A program made the translations under genes and the position numbers. Of a stretch of DNA of 64,000 nucleotides, positions 26,712 through 35,195 are shown one piece after another (position 1 is the stretch's first letter; each line of letters begins with the position of its first letter). The DNA is from Candidatus Nanopelagicales bacterium (GTDB taxonomy: Bacteria > Actinomycetota > Actinomycetes > S36-B12 > CAIYMF01): contig JADGOZ010000067.1 of NCBI GenBank assembly GCA_017882705.1, positions 12,295 to 76,294 on the forward strand, read 5' to 3'. The notes under the pieces are model-generated. The model saw nothing but the letters and a program-made list of their open reading frames with translations. It did no database searches and was not told the origin of the DNA.

Positions 26712-26938
26712 GGATCACCCGATCACGCGGTCGCGTGCCGGAGATCCCCCTCTGTTTCTGCGCGATGCCGCGCGCCTGAGAGCTTCACCGCGGGCCGGGC
26801 CCGTGGTTTGCACCGTCGGCGGGGACCAGCACGGTCCCGCTTTCCAGAGACGCCTGCCCGAACGGTCCGGATGCCTGAGAGGTTGACGGGGAGTTGCTCC
26901 TTCGGCGCCCGTCGCTGGCTGCGACGGATCTCTCCCGC
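26712..26938 (-). promoter_or_regulatory. tandem glycine riboswitch (two aptamers) in the gcvP leader
   Basis: On the minus strand, aptamer 1 reads GGGAGAGAUCCGUCGC...GCGACGGGCGCCGAAGGAGCAACUCCCC...CUCUCAGGCAUCCGGAC. Aptamer 2 reads CUCUGGAAAGCGGGACCG...CGGUCCCCGCCGACGGUGCAAACCACGGG...CUCUCAGGCGCG. Both match the glycine-riboswitch consensus elements (GGAGAG, CACCGAAGGGGCAA, CUCAGGCA). Confidence 0.85.
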
Positions 26939-26987
26939 CCGGGGTGTACGGCGTGGCCCGAGCGTACCTCGGGCGGGTGGGCGTGGC

Positions 26988-27602
26988 TCAGCCGATGGCG
27001 CGCGCGGCGCGGCGTGCGGCGAGCTCGTCGCCCTCGGCCGCCAGCGCAGGAGTGGCACCGTCGACCCGCTCGCTGGGGAGCTCGGCGAGGGAGCCTTCGA
27101 CCTCGCGCCACACACGACCGACCGCGATGCCGAAGACGCCCTGGCCGCCCTGCACGAGGTCGATGACCTCGTCCTTGCTGCGGCACTCGTAGACGCTCGC
27201 GCCGTCGCTCATGAGCGTGACCTGGGCGAGGTCCTCGACGCCGCTGTCGCGCAGGTGCTCGACGGCGGTGCGGATGTTCTGCAGCGAGACGCCGGTGTCG
27301 AGGAGCCGCTTGATCACCTTGAGCACGAGGATGTCGCGGAAGCTGTAGAGGCGCTGGCTGCCCGAGCCGGCGGCGGTGCGCACGCTGGGCTCGACCAGAC
27401 CCGTGCGCGCCCAGTAGTCGAGCTGGCGGTAGGTGATGCCGGCGGCGGAGCAGGCGATGGGACCGCGGAAGCCGACGTCGGCCGGCATGCCCAGGATGTC
27501 GTCACCGAAGAGCAGACCCTGACGCCCCGCCTCGTCGGCGGCGCTCGCGCGCTCCGGCCCGTGCGCGTCGACCGGACCGAGGCCCTCATCCACTCCGGTC
27601 AT
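26988..27602 (-). CDS. MerR family transcriptional regulator (Rv1830 / FtsR-like)
   Basis: The HTH is FRGPIACSAAGITYRQLDYWARTGLVEPS...RLYSFRDILVLKVIKRLLDTGVSLQNI. Its position matches Rv1830 next to gcvB. The ATG at 27602 is chosen. Confidence 0.85.
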   Translation of the reverse strand: MTGVDEGLGPVDAHGPERASAADEAGRQGLLFGDDILGMPADVGFRGPIACSAAGITYRQLDYWARTGLVEPSVRTAAGSGSQRLYSFRDILVLKVIKRLLDTGVSLQNIRTAVEHLRDSGVEDLAQVTLMSDGASVYECRSKDEVIDLVQGGQGVFGIAVGRVWREVEGSLAELPSERVDGATPALAAEGDELAARRAARAIG

Positions 27603-27684
27603 CGCCCGACCTCCCGCATCCGCCTCGATGCCGCGGGATGGGGGAAGCACACCGCGAGAGTTACACCGTCGACGTTCACCTCGC

Positions 27685-27713
27685 ACGCTAGGCCGACGGG
27701 GGGTACGGGTCAA
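27685..27713 (-). promoter_or_regulatory. candidate promoter TTGACC-17 nt-TAGCGT upstream of the FtsR-like MerR gene
   Basis: The minus strand reads TTGACC (27713-27708), a 17-nt spacer, then TAGCGT (27690-27685), about 80 nt upstream of the ATG at 27602. Confidence 0.3.
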
Positions 27714-27794
27714 CGTCCGGACCCGCGACACGCCGCAGGCGACCACTCGACCGGAGCAAGTCTCAGGTAGAGGTCGAGGCATTGCCCTCGAACG

Positions 27795-28295
27795 CTACGA
27801 CGCCGGGCCAGGATCCTCGGGAGCGCTGGCCCCGCCCAGGAAGTCGTCCGGGCTGATCTGGTCCAGGAACTCGCGGAACTTCTCGACCTCGTCCTCCTGC
27901 TCGTCCGGCACGGCGATGCCGGCCTCGTCGAGCACGGCCTGGGCGCAGTGGATGGTCGAGCCGGTGCGCAGCGCGAGGGCGATGGCGTCCGACGGTCGGG
28001 CGCTGACCTCCACTCCCCCGTCGAAGGCGAGCACGGCGTAGAAGATGCCGTCGGTGAGCTCGGTGATGCGGACGTCGAGCAGCGTGCGTCCGAGACCCTC
28101 GAGCACGTCGCGCAGCAGGTCGTGGGTCAGTGGCCGCGCGGGCACGACGCCCTGCTGGGCGAAGGCGATCGCCGTGGCCTCGGCCGCGCCGATCCAGATC
28201 GGGAGGTAGTGCTCGCCGTCGATCTCACGGAGCAGCACGATCGGCTGGTTCGACGGCATCTCGACGCGGACACCCACGACGTCCATCTGGCGCAT
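27795..28295 (-). CDS. bifunctional nuclease (BFN/DUF151) family protein, Rv1829-like
   Basis: MDVVGVRVEMPSNQPIVLLRE...YLPIWIG..EA.AIA ... RPLTHDL is the BFN core. The C-terminus has a UVR-like EVEKFREFLDQISPDDF. Confidence 0.85.
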   Translation of the reverse strand: MRQMDVVGVRVEMPSNQPIVLLREIDGEHYLPIWIGAAEATAIAFAQQGVVPARPLTHDLLRDVLEGLGRTLLDVRITELTDGIFYAVLAFDGGVEVSARPSDAIALALRTGSTIHCAQAVLDEAGIAVPDEQEDEVEKFREFLDQISPDDFLGGASAPEDPGPAS

Positions 28296-28353
28296 GCATC
28301 CACCCTAGCCACGACGAGCCGCTCCGCGACCCGGCGGTGCAGGTGGGTCTCGG

Positions 28354-29082
28354 TCAGCGGCGCAGCTCGGAGGCGAGCCCGGCCTTCACGAGTGCCGCGT
28401 GCAGACGCACCGAGAGCGAGGCGAGCTGGCGGATCGCGTCGTCGGCGCGCTGCTGACCTTCGGGGTCGCGCTGGCGCAGCAGCGGGGTCACGACCTGCTC
28501 GACGAGCCCGACCTCGCGGTCTGCGGCCACCTTGAACGTGCGGAGGTGCCGGGGCTCGATGCCGAACGCCGACATCTCCGCGACCGTGTTGGCGACGGTG
28601 AGCGCCTCGCCGTCGTAGTGCGAGCCGCGCTTGGTGATGAGGCCGTAGCCCTCGAGCTGGGTGAGCAGGGCGTCGTCGAGCCCGCTGGCCTCGAGGATCT
28701 CGCCGCGCGAGAGCCGCACCTCGGAGGCCGCGGGGCGGAAGGCGTCCGAGGACGGCATGCCGTCGGTCGAGACGAGCGCCCGCGGCACGCGGGGGCCCTC
28801 GATGCCGGTCGGCGGCTCGAGGCCGCGGTCGATAGCCTCGAGGTGCTCCCGGATCACCTTGAGCGGGAGGTACTGGTCGCGCTGGCACGCCAGGACGTAG
28901 CGCAGGCGCTCGACGTCGGCGTGGCTGAACTTGCGGTAGCCGCTCGAGGTCCGCTCGGGCTGGACCAGCCCCTCGGACTCCAGGAAGCGGATCTTCGAGA
29001 TGGTGACGTCGTCGAAGTCCGGGCGCAGGACGGCGAGGACGTCGCCGATCCCCATGAGCCCCCGCGAGGCGACCGCGGTCAT
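28354..29082 (-). CDS. MerR family transcriptional regulator (Rv1828-like)
   Basis: MGIGDVLAVLRPDFDDVTISKIRFLESEGLVQPERTSSGYRKFSHADVERLRYVL is the HTH. The ATG at 29082 overlaps the garA stop (ATGA). Confidence 0.85.
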   Translation of the reverse strand: MTAVASRGLMGIGDVLAVLRPDFDDVTISKIRFLESEGLVQPERTSSGYRKFSHADVERLRYVLACQRDQYLPLKVIREHLEAIDRGLEPPTGIEGPRVPRALVSTDGMPSSDAFRPAASEVRLSRGEILEASGLDDALLTQLEGYGLITKRGSHYDGEALTVANTVAEMSAFGIEPRHLRTFKVAADREVGLVEQVVTPLLRQRDPEGQQRADDAIRQLASLSVRLHAALVKAGLASELRR

Positions 29083-29609
29083 GCTCCACCACCACCAGCG
29101 CCGCCGGAGGCGGCCTCGAGGAAGACGAACCGGTACTTGCCGATCTGGACCTCGTCGCCACCGACGAGCACCTGCCGGTCGATGCGCCGACGGTTGACGT
29201 AGCTGCCGTTGAGGCTGCCGGCGTCGACGAGCTCCCACCCGCCCTCGGCCACGTGCAGCTCCGCGTGCCGGCGCGACACGGTCACGTCGTCGAGGAACAG
29301 CTCGCACTCCGGCGATCGACCGACGATGATCGCCGGCGAGTCCGGGTCGAGGTCGAAGCGCGCGCCCTCCTGAGGACCGCGCAGGACGACGAGCACCGCC
29401 TGCCCGGTGCCGAGCCCGCTCACGCTGGTGGAGTCGACGGCGGCCATGGGGGCGGAGTCGCCCTCGGTGGCGGTGCGCAGGCCGAGGACCCCGGTCTGCG
29501 AGGCAGCGTCCTCCACCTGGGCCAGGGGCTCGAGCGCGGACCCGCAGGCCGCACAGAAGTGGTCGTGCTCGTCGGCAAGGTGGCCGCACCGCGCGCACTG
29601 GCGGTTCAT
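29079..29609 (-). CDS. garA: FHA-domain regulator GarA/OdhI homolog with N-terminal zinc-ribbon-like motif
   Basis: The FHA core IIVGRSPECELFLDDVTVSRRHAEL...GSLNGSYVNR...GDEVQIGKYRFVFL is close to Rv1827. DSTSV aligns with the ETTSV phosphosite. An extra N-terminal CARCG-X12-CAACG is present. Confidence 0.85.
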   Translation of the reverse strand: MNRQCARCGHLADEHDHFCAACGSALEPLAQVEDAASQTGVLGLRTATEGDSAPMAAVDSTSVSGLGTGQAVLVVLRGPQEGARFDLDPDSPAIIVGRSPECELFLDDVTVSRRHAELHVAEGGWELVDAGSLNGSYVNRRRIDRQVLVGGDEVQIGKYRFVFLEAASGGAGGGGA

Positions 29610-29770
29610 GGCGCTCCTCCTGACGTTGCTCTCGACCCCGAGTCGAGACTCAGCACGACCCTACGGACCGCAGGGGCAGGGGTCAATGCCGCAGAAGTCT
29701 CAACCTATGGTCAAGAGTCAGGGATTTTCGTGCTCAGAGTGGCGGCGGAGGCGCCGCTCGCGCGGGGGCG

Positions 29771-30160
29771 CTAGCCCTCGATGTGCGCGCGGTACGCCGC
29801 GGCGTCGAGCAGGTCGCCCAGGGTCGCGGGGTCGGCCACCGCCACCTCGACGAGCCAGCCGGCGCCGTACGGGTCGGTGTTGATGGTCTCCGGGCTGGTC
29901 TCGACGGCGTCGTTGCGGGCCACCACGCGGCCGCTGCACGGTGCGTAGATGTCCGAGACGCTCTTGGTCGACTCGACCTCGCCGCAGGGCTGTCCCTCGA
30001 CGAGCTCCGCGCCGACCGCGGGCAACGTGACGAAGACGATGTCGCCGAGCGCGTCCTGCGCGTGGTCGGTGATGCCGAAGCGGACCTGCCCCCCGGCCGT
30101 GGTGTCGACCCACTCGTGCTCGCGGGTGTAGCCGAGGTTCTCCGGGATCTGGCCAGCCAT
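29771..30160 (-). CDS. gcvH: glycine cleavage system H protein
   Basis: 129 aa. YTREHEWV ... GEVESTKSVSDIYAPCSG carries the lipoyl-lysine motif. The ATG is at 30160, within the longer ORF 29771..30898. Confidence 0.93.
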   Translation of the reverse strand: MAGQIPENLGYTREHEWVDTTAGGQVRFGITDHAQDALGDIVFVTLPAVGAELVEGQPCGEVESTKSVSDIYAPCSGRVVARNDAVETSPETINTDPYGAGWLVEVAVADPATLGDLLDAAAYRAHIEG

Positions 30161-30257
30161 GGGAACGCCTTCCTCGTTGGTCACGCCTCGCGCGCGGCGC
30201 CGTGAGCGTACTGACGGGCGGAGAGCCGCTGCAACGCGACGGCCCGACCGCGGTCGC

Positions 30258-30857
30258 TCAAGAGGCCGGCGCACGCAGGATCTGCCGGGCCTGGACGAGG
30301 TAGAGGAGCCCGGCCCACCAGTACAGGGCGGTTCCCCATATCGCGAAGGCCCAGCCGACGGCCCGGGAGACGTCCGCCACCGAGAGGCCGGTGCCGGTCG
30401 CGGCCGCACCCAGGAGCAGGAGCGGGAAGCCGATGAGCAGGCAGAAGGTGGCAGCCTTGCCCAGGAAGTGGACCGGCAGCCCGGTGATGCCGCGACGCTT
30501 GAGCAGGGCCAGGACCACGGCGAGGACGACGTCGCGGCCGAGCAGCAGGGCCACGAGCCACCACGGGATGATCTCCCGGATCGCCAGGCCGACCAGCGTC
30601 GCGGCGATGTAGAGCCGGTCGGCGATCGGGTCGAGCAGCTGCCCCAGCCGACTGATCTGCCCGGTGGCCCGGGCGATGGTGCCGTCGAGCCAGTCGGTGA
30701 GCCCGCTGACCATGAGCAGAACGACGGCCCAACCGTCGGCCTCGGGCACCAGGACGAGCCAGAGGAAGAGCGGGACGCCCAGGATCCGCAGGAACGACAG
30801 CACGTTCGGGATCGTGAGGACGCGATCGGTCTGGACCTCGGTCTCCTGCACGTCCAC
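30258..30857 (-). CDS. pgsA: CDP-alcohol phosphatidyltransferase (PgsA-type)
   Basis: Motif DWLDGTIARATGQISRLGQLLDPIADR (D-G-x2-AR-x8-G-x3-D-x3-D) and 5-6 TM segments. The position matches Rv1822 (pgsA2). Confidence 0.85.
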   Translation of the reverse strand: MDVQETEVQTDRVLTIPNVLSFLRILGVPLFLWLVLVPEADGWAVVLLMVSGLTDWLDGTIARATGQISRLGQLLDPIADRLYIAATLVGLAIREIIPWWLVALLLGRDVVLAVVLALLKRRGITGLPVHFLGKAATFCLLIGFPLLLLGAAATGTGLSVADVSRAVGWAFAIWGTALYWWAGLLYLVQARQILRAPAS

Positions 30858-30866
30858 GTGCCGACC

Positions 30867-31988
30867 CTAGTCGCCGGTCGGCGGCGAGCTCGGCGCATCG
30901 GCCTCGTCCACCACCGGGAGGCGGTCGTGCACCGGGTCGGCCCCGTGCGCAGCCACGAGCTCGTCGAAGAGCGGGTCCGCGTCGTCGACCGCCGCGTCGG
31001 TCTCGGCGCTCTCCACCGGTGCGTCGCCCGCCTCGGCGTCGGCGGAGGACGCGGCCAGGTCGACCGCCGACGCCGCGGTCTCCACCGGGACGTCCGGGGT
31101 CACGACCGGCACCTCGACCGTGTCGTCGACCGTCGCGGGCGCCGCGTCGGCGACGAGGGCCGCGAGCGCCGCCGAGGGCGGCGCCGCGGCGGTCTCCTCG
31201 CCGGCCGGAGCCACCGACACGGGGGCTGCCGACGTGGAGGTGGCTGGCCCGGCGAGCGCCGGAGCGTCGACCGCCGAGCCCGGCCGGACAGTGGCGGCGA
31301 GCGCGGCGACCTCGGTCGGGGGGGTCTGCGCCTCGGCAGAGGCCGCCTCTCCCCGACGACGACCTGCGGCTCGGGCCCGCCAGAACAGCAGCACGGCCAG
31401 CAGGACCAGGAACACCCCGACCGCCACGGCGATCCAGGAGTAGGTCCAGACCTTCGCCACCCTGAGAGTGACGACGACGTCGGCGTCGACGACCTGCGTC
31501 GCGTCGGCGTTCATCACCACGAGCGTCTGGCCGTCGGGGACGCGAGCCTTCAGCACGGCCGGCGCGCCGGAGGACTTCGCGGTCCAGAACCCTTGCGAGT
31601 CGGGCGGTTGCGGCTGCTGGCCGCCCGGCACCTTGCGCGTCGTGGCCTTCTCGCCCGCGGTGAGGTCCACGACCACGTCGTACGGCGCACCCGTGAGGTA
31701 GGTGTCGATGTCGGCGGGCTTGGCAGCGCCGACGAACATCGCCCGACCGTCGCGCCCGGTGACCGTGAGCGTCAGGGTGCCGAGATCCTCGGGGACGGGG
31801 ATCGCACTGGTGTCGACGCGGAAGCCCTCGGCCACGACGGCGACACCCGTGCCACGGACCCGAGCCGGCGTGGACGAGATCGCGTCGTCGGAACCCACCG
31901 ACAGTGCGACGATCGTGCCGAGGACCGCGAGCGCGATGCCCGCGACCAGGAGGAACACCCCGAGCGTGACGTACAGGCCCCGTTTCAC
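30867..31988 (-). CDS. hypothetical membrane protein with Ala/Pro/Asp-rich C-terminal tail
   Basis: 373 aa. An N-terminal TM is followed by a beta-rich domain of about 150 aa, a second TM (WIAVAVGVFLVLLAVLLF), and then a low-complexity tail. GTG start. No family recognised. Confidence 0.6.
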   Translation of the reverse strand: MKRGLYVTLGVFLLVAGIALAVLGTIVALSVGSDDAISSTPARVRGTGVAVVAEGFRVDTSAIPVPEDLGTLTLTVTGRDGRAMFVGAAKPADIDTYLTGAPYDVVVDLTAGEKATTRKVPGGQQPQPPDSQGFWTAKSSGAPAVLKARVPDGQTLVVMNADATQVVDADVVVTLRVAKVWTYSWIAVAVGVFLVLLAVLLFWRARAAGRRRGEAASAEAQTPPTEVAALAATVRPGSAVDAPALAGPATSTSAAPVSVAPAGEETAAAPPSAALAALVADAAPATVDDTVEVPVVTPDVPVETAASAVDLAASSADAEAGDAPVESAETDAAVDDADPLFDELVAAHGADPVHDRLPVVDEADAPSSPPTGD

Positions 31989-32105
31989 GCCCTCACGCTA
32001 ACCGCGGCGACGCCCGCTCCCCCGCTCCGCGCGGTCGTGTCGGCACACGAACCGTCCGGCTGCCCGACCAGGTGCGTCCCTCGCTACGGTTCGCTCGTGG
32101 ACACC

Positions 32106-32375
32106 ATGACGCTCGTCGACCTGAAGTCGCGGTGGAACGAGGTGCTCTACGACCTCGAGGCCGAGCATCGCACCGCCTGGCTCGCGATGTTCGACGGCCG
32201 TCTCGCGCGGCTCGAGGACGGCGTCCTCACCCTCGACTTCTCCGACGCGACGAAGCTGTCCGGCGGGCACGGCTACGAGCGGGCGAACAAGCCGTCGTTC
32301 GTCGTCGCGCTGGCCGCTGCCATCGAGCGCGTGACGGGCCAGCGGCTCGAGATCGTCCTCACGGCGGACGGCTGA
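32106..32375 (+). CDS. small hypothetical protein (DnaX C-terminal-region-like pattern)
   Basis: 89 aa starting at ATG 32106, with an in-frame GTG at 32097 as an alternative. LKSRWNEVLYDLEAEHRTAWLAMF...GVLTLDFSDATK...ALAAAIERVTGQRLEIVL. High third-position GC. Confidence 0.5.
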   Translation: MTLVDLKSRWNEVLYDLEAEHRTAWLAMFDGRLARLEDGVLTLDFSDATKLSGGHGYERANKPSFVVALAAAIERVTGQRLEIVLTADG

Positions 32376-32395
32376 GCGCCCCCGGCGTACGCCGA

Positions 32396-34117
32396 TCAGC
32401 CGCGCAGCGCCGACGCGAAGATACCGACGAGTCCGACGTGGTTCCCCGTCGCGAGGTACTCGGACAGTCGGCGGGCAGTCGTGGCACCCGTCTTGTTGGT
32501 CACGAAGAACGGCGGCTTCGGCGACATGTGCAGCTGACCGCTCAGCACGGACCTGTGCAACGGCCGGAAGGGCATCCACGCGACACCCTTCTGCACGTCC
32601 TGCAGCAGGAAGGCGTTGTGCACGACGCCGATGCCGCTGCCGATCTCCTCCTCGGTGTGCCCGGGGAACGCGCCCCACGGCGTGTAGCCGAGCAGGAAGT
32701 TGAGGCCGGTCCAGGCGTTGACGCCGATCGATCCGTAGCGCAGGTCGGCGATGGCGGAGTCGAGTGCCACCTTGTCGCGCTTGGCCGTCGCCGGGTCGAT
32801 GATGATCGACGCGCCGAGGGTACCCGGGAGCACGTCGTTCGCGAACGCGACGGCGTTGGCGAGGTAGGCCGCCGTCGTGGCGCCGGGCAGGCGCACGACG
32901 CCCATGGCACCCGCGAAGACCTCGTCGTTGACGAGGCTCTCGGCGCCCTGGGCCGAGAGGTCGGGCACGAGGGCGCAGAGGTCGCCCTGGCCGAGGCGCT
33001 CGGCCGACTCGTGACCGACCACAGCCGCCGCGACCTTGTCGGCTGCCCGGGGGTAGTACTGCGGACGCGGAGGCAGCGCGGCGATGACGGCGCGGACCCT
33101 GTCGAGCAGGGCGCCGGCCTGGGTCCACGACTCGGGCACCACGATGACCTGCGTCGCGATGCAGTTGTGGCCGGCGTTGTTGAGCTTGCTGGTCACGAGG
33201 TGCTCGGCCTGGAACTGGAGGTCGGCGTCGCTCCAGTCACCACCGACGACGATCATCGGCGACACGCCCCCGAGCTCGGACGTGATCGGCTTGGAGAGCA
33301 GCCGCTCCCCCGTCCCGCGACGCTCGTCCGCCTCGGGCCCGACGCCCCACATGATCGCGTCATGCGTGGCCGCCGACCCGGTCATGTGGATCGCGTGCAC
33401 GCCCTCGTGGTGCGCGAGGTAGCCACCCACCTCGGGGCCACCGTGGACGAAGCGCAGCCAGCCCCGGTCGATGTACTCGGCGAAGATCTCGGCGAAGTGC
33501 GGCGAGAGGTAGTCGTTGACCGGGTTCATCTTGACGACGCAGACCGAGCCCTCGGTGTAGAGCATGTGCAGGATGTCGAGCGTGGTGATCGTGCCGACGT
33601 TGCCGGCACCGAGCACGAGGGCCACGCCCGGATCGGCGTATCCCTGGCCCCGGTACATCGCCGCGGCGCCGGTCACCGCGGCCTGGCGGGAGACACCGGG
33701 CATCATCCAGACCTCGGCGCCGTAGCCCGAGAGCAGCAGCGAGTCCTGCGCGGTGGCCGGGAAGACCTGGACCACCGTCTGACCACCGGCGCGGGTGCGC
33801 GTCTTCTTGGTGTCGACCGGCGGCGCATCCTTCTGCACGCGGTGCAGCGTCGTGAGCAGCGCGGTGACACCTTGGAGGAACGCCCAGGGACCGGACAGCC
33901 AGTCCTCGGCACCCCACGAGGTCGATGCGTCGATCCCCTTGGCTCGCTGGGTCTCCCGGACCATCGCGTCGGCCTCGGCCATGATCCGCGGACGCAGCCG
34001 CTCGAGCATCGCCACCTTCTCCGCGAACGGCAGCGCGACCCACTCGCCCGCGTGGGCATTGAGGTCGGCGACGATCGCGTCGAGCGCGGCGTGGTCGGTC
34101 GTGGTCTCGACGGTCAT
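32396..34117 (-). CDS. aldehyde dehydrogenase family protein
   Basis: 573 aa with ELGGVSP (the ELGGKSP equivalent) and a catalytic-Cys context NNAGHNCIATQ. Confidence 0.88.
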   Translation of the reverse strand: MTVETTTDHAALDAIVADLNAHAGEWVALPFAEKVAMLERLRPRIMAEADAMVRETQRAKGIDASTSWGAEDWLSGPWAFLQGVTALLTTLHRVQKDAPPVDTKKTRTRAGGQTVVQVFPATAQDSLLLSGYGAEVWMMPGVSRQAAVTGAAAMYRGQGYADPGVALVLGAGNVGTITTLDILHMLYTEGSVCVVKMNPVNDYLSPHFAEIFAEYIDRGWLRFVHGGPEVGGYLAHHEGVHAIHMTGSAATHDAIMWGVGPEADERRGTGERLLSKPITSELGGVSPMIVVGGDWSDADLQFQAEHLVTSKLNNAGHNCIATQVIVVPESWTQAGALLDRVRAVIAALPPRPQYYPRAADKVAAAVVGHESAERLGQGDLCALVPDLSAQGAESLVNDEVFAGAMGVVRLPGATTAAYLANAVAFANDVLPGTLGASIIIDPATAKRDKVALDSAIADLRYGSIGVNAWTGLNFLLGYTPWGAFPGHTEEEIGSGIGVVHNAFLLQDVQKGVAWMPFRPLHRSVLSGQLHMSPKPPFFVTNKTGATTARRLSEYLATGNHVGLVGIFASALRG

Positions 34118-34152
34118 GGGGTCCTCCCGCGGCGCTGTGGTCGAGCGCGACC

Positions 34153-34590
34153 CTAGGCGCCCCGGGCGGCGACCACCACCCTGGGTGCCGCGACGTGCTG
34201 GACGATCCAGACCTTGCGCAGCGGTTCGGTGATCTCCCAGGTCGTGACGTCGCCCTCGTGGAGGACGCCCACCACACCCGGCGCCAGGACGATCTCTCCG
34301 CCCTGCTGGTCGCGGACGACGCCGCGACCCGTCAGCACGACGAAGACCTCGTCGCCGAAGGAGTCGGTCGAGGAGCCGACCGAGTGCTCCCAGACCCCGG
34401 CCTCGAGACCGGCGTCCGACACCACCTCGGCCAGGCCGGTGCTCACTCCCTCGGACCTCGCCCTCTCGGGCGGCAGAGCCTCGTGGGTCACGGGGTGGGT
34501 GGTCGCGTCGAAGGCGTTGATCACGCGGCGAGCATGCCAGTCGGCGGCCGCGCCCGTCGGCCGCTCAAGGATCCGGCGAACCGCACGCAC
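34153..34590 (-). CDS. cupin domain protein (DUF861/EutQ-like)
   Basis: The C-terminal beta-barrel pattern is GVWEH...DEVFVVLTGRGVV...GEIVLAPGVVGVLHEGDVTTWEI. The start is uncertain (GTG 34590 or GTG 34524). Confidence 0.6.
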   Translation of the reverse strand: MRAVRRILERPTGAAADWHARRVINAFDATTHPVTHEALPPERARSEGVSTGLAEVVSDAGLEAGVWEHSVGSSTDSFGDEVFVVLTGRGVVRDQQGGEIVLAPGVVGVLHEGDVTTWEITEPLRKVWIVQHVAAPRVVVAARGA

Positions 34591-34653
34591 GTCCTACGGC
34601 ACCGGCGTAGCGTCCGGAGCAGTGCGCGACCGCGCCCGGCCGAGGGGGGTCAC

Positions 34654-34908
34654 ATGCCCGAGCGAGTACGCATCGTCCGATGGCCTTCCGGGGTCGAGCA
34701 CGTCACCGTCGATGACATCGTCCCGGACGAGCTGTGGATCGCCGTCCCGGTCGGTGCCGATCCGACCGACGTGGCGCGCCGGGTCGAGAACCTGCTGCAC
34801 GAGCCCTCCGTCGTGGACCTGCGGCAGGACTTCAGCCAGATGGGCGCCGACCTGCGCACGCTCGGCCAGCAGGTCGTCGAGGCGCTCGACGACGACGGCC
34901 GCGTCTGA
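34654..34908 (+). CDS. small hypothetical protein
   Basis: 84 aa. The ATG is preceded by GAGGGGGG at about 4-nt spacing. High third-position GC. No family recognised. Confidence 0.45.
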   Translation: MPERVRIVRWPSGVEHVTVDDIVPDELWIAVPVGADPTDVARRVENLLHEPSVVDLRQDFSQMGADLRTLGQQVVEALDDDGRV

Positions 34909-34962
34909 CGAGGCGGAGAACACCGATGGGCCGGTCCCGGAGGACCGACCCATCGACATCTG

Positions 34963-35036
<74 letters not shown>

Positions 35037-35195
35037 AGACGTGCTCCGAACCGGGCGAGCCCCGGACGGCCACCGAAGATTACCCCACGGGCGGCGCGCT
35101 CCCGAAACCGCCGTGGTCGATGTCCGGCCGCTGCGGCACGAGGGCCCCCGAGGCGCGGTAACGTCGCCGTCACCCTCGCCCAGGAGTGACGCCCC

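Noticed and set aside
31020-31465. The Ala/Pro-rich repetitive stretch and its plus-strand ORFs (31019-31465, 31120-31443) as separate genes or repeats
   Set aside because: The stretch is the low-complexity C-terminal tail of the minus-strand membrane protein 30867-31988. The plus-strand ORFs are its antisense shadows.
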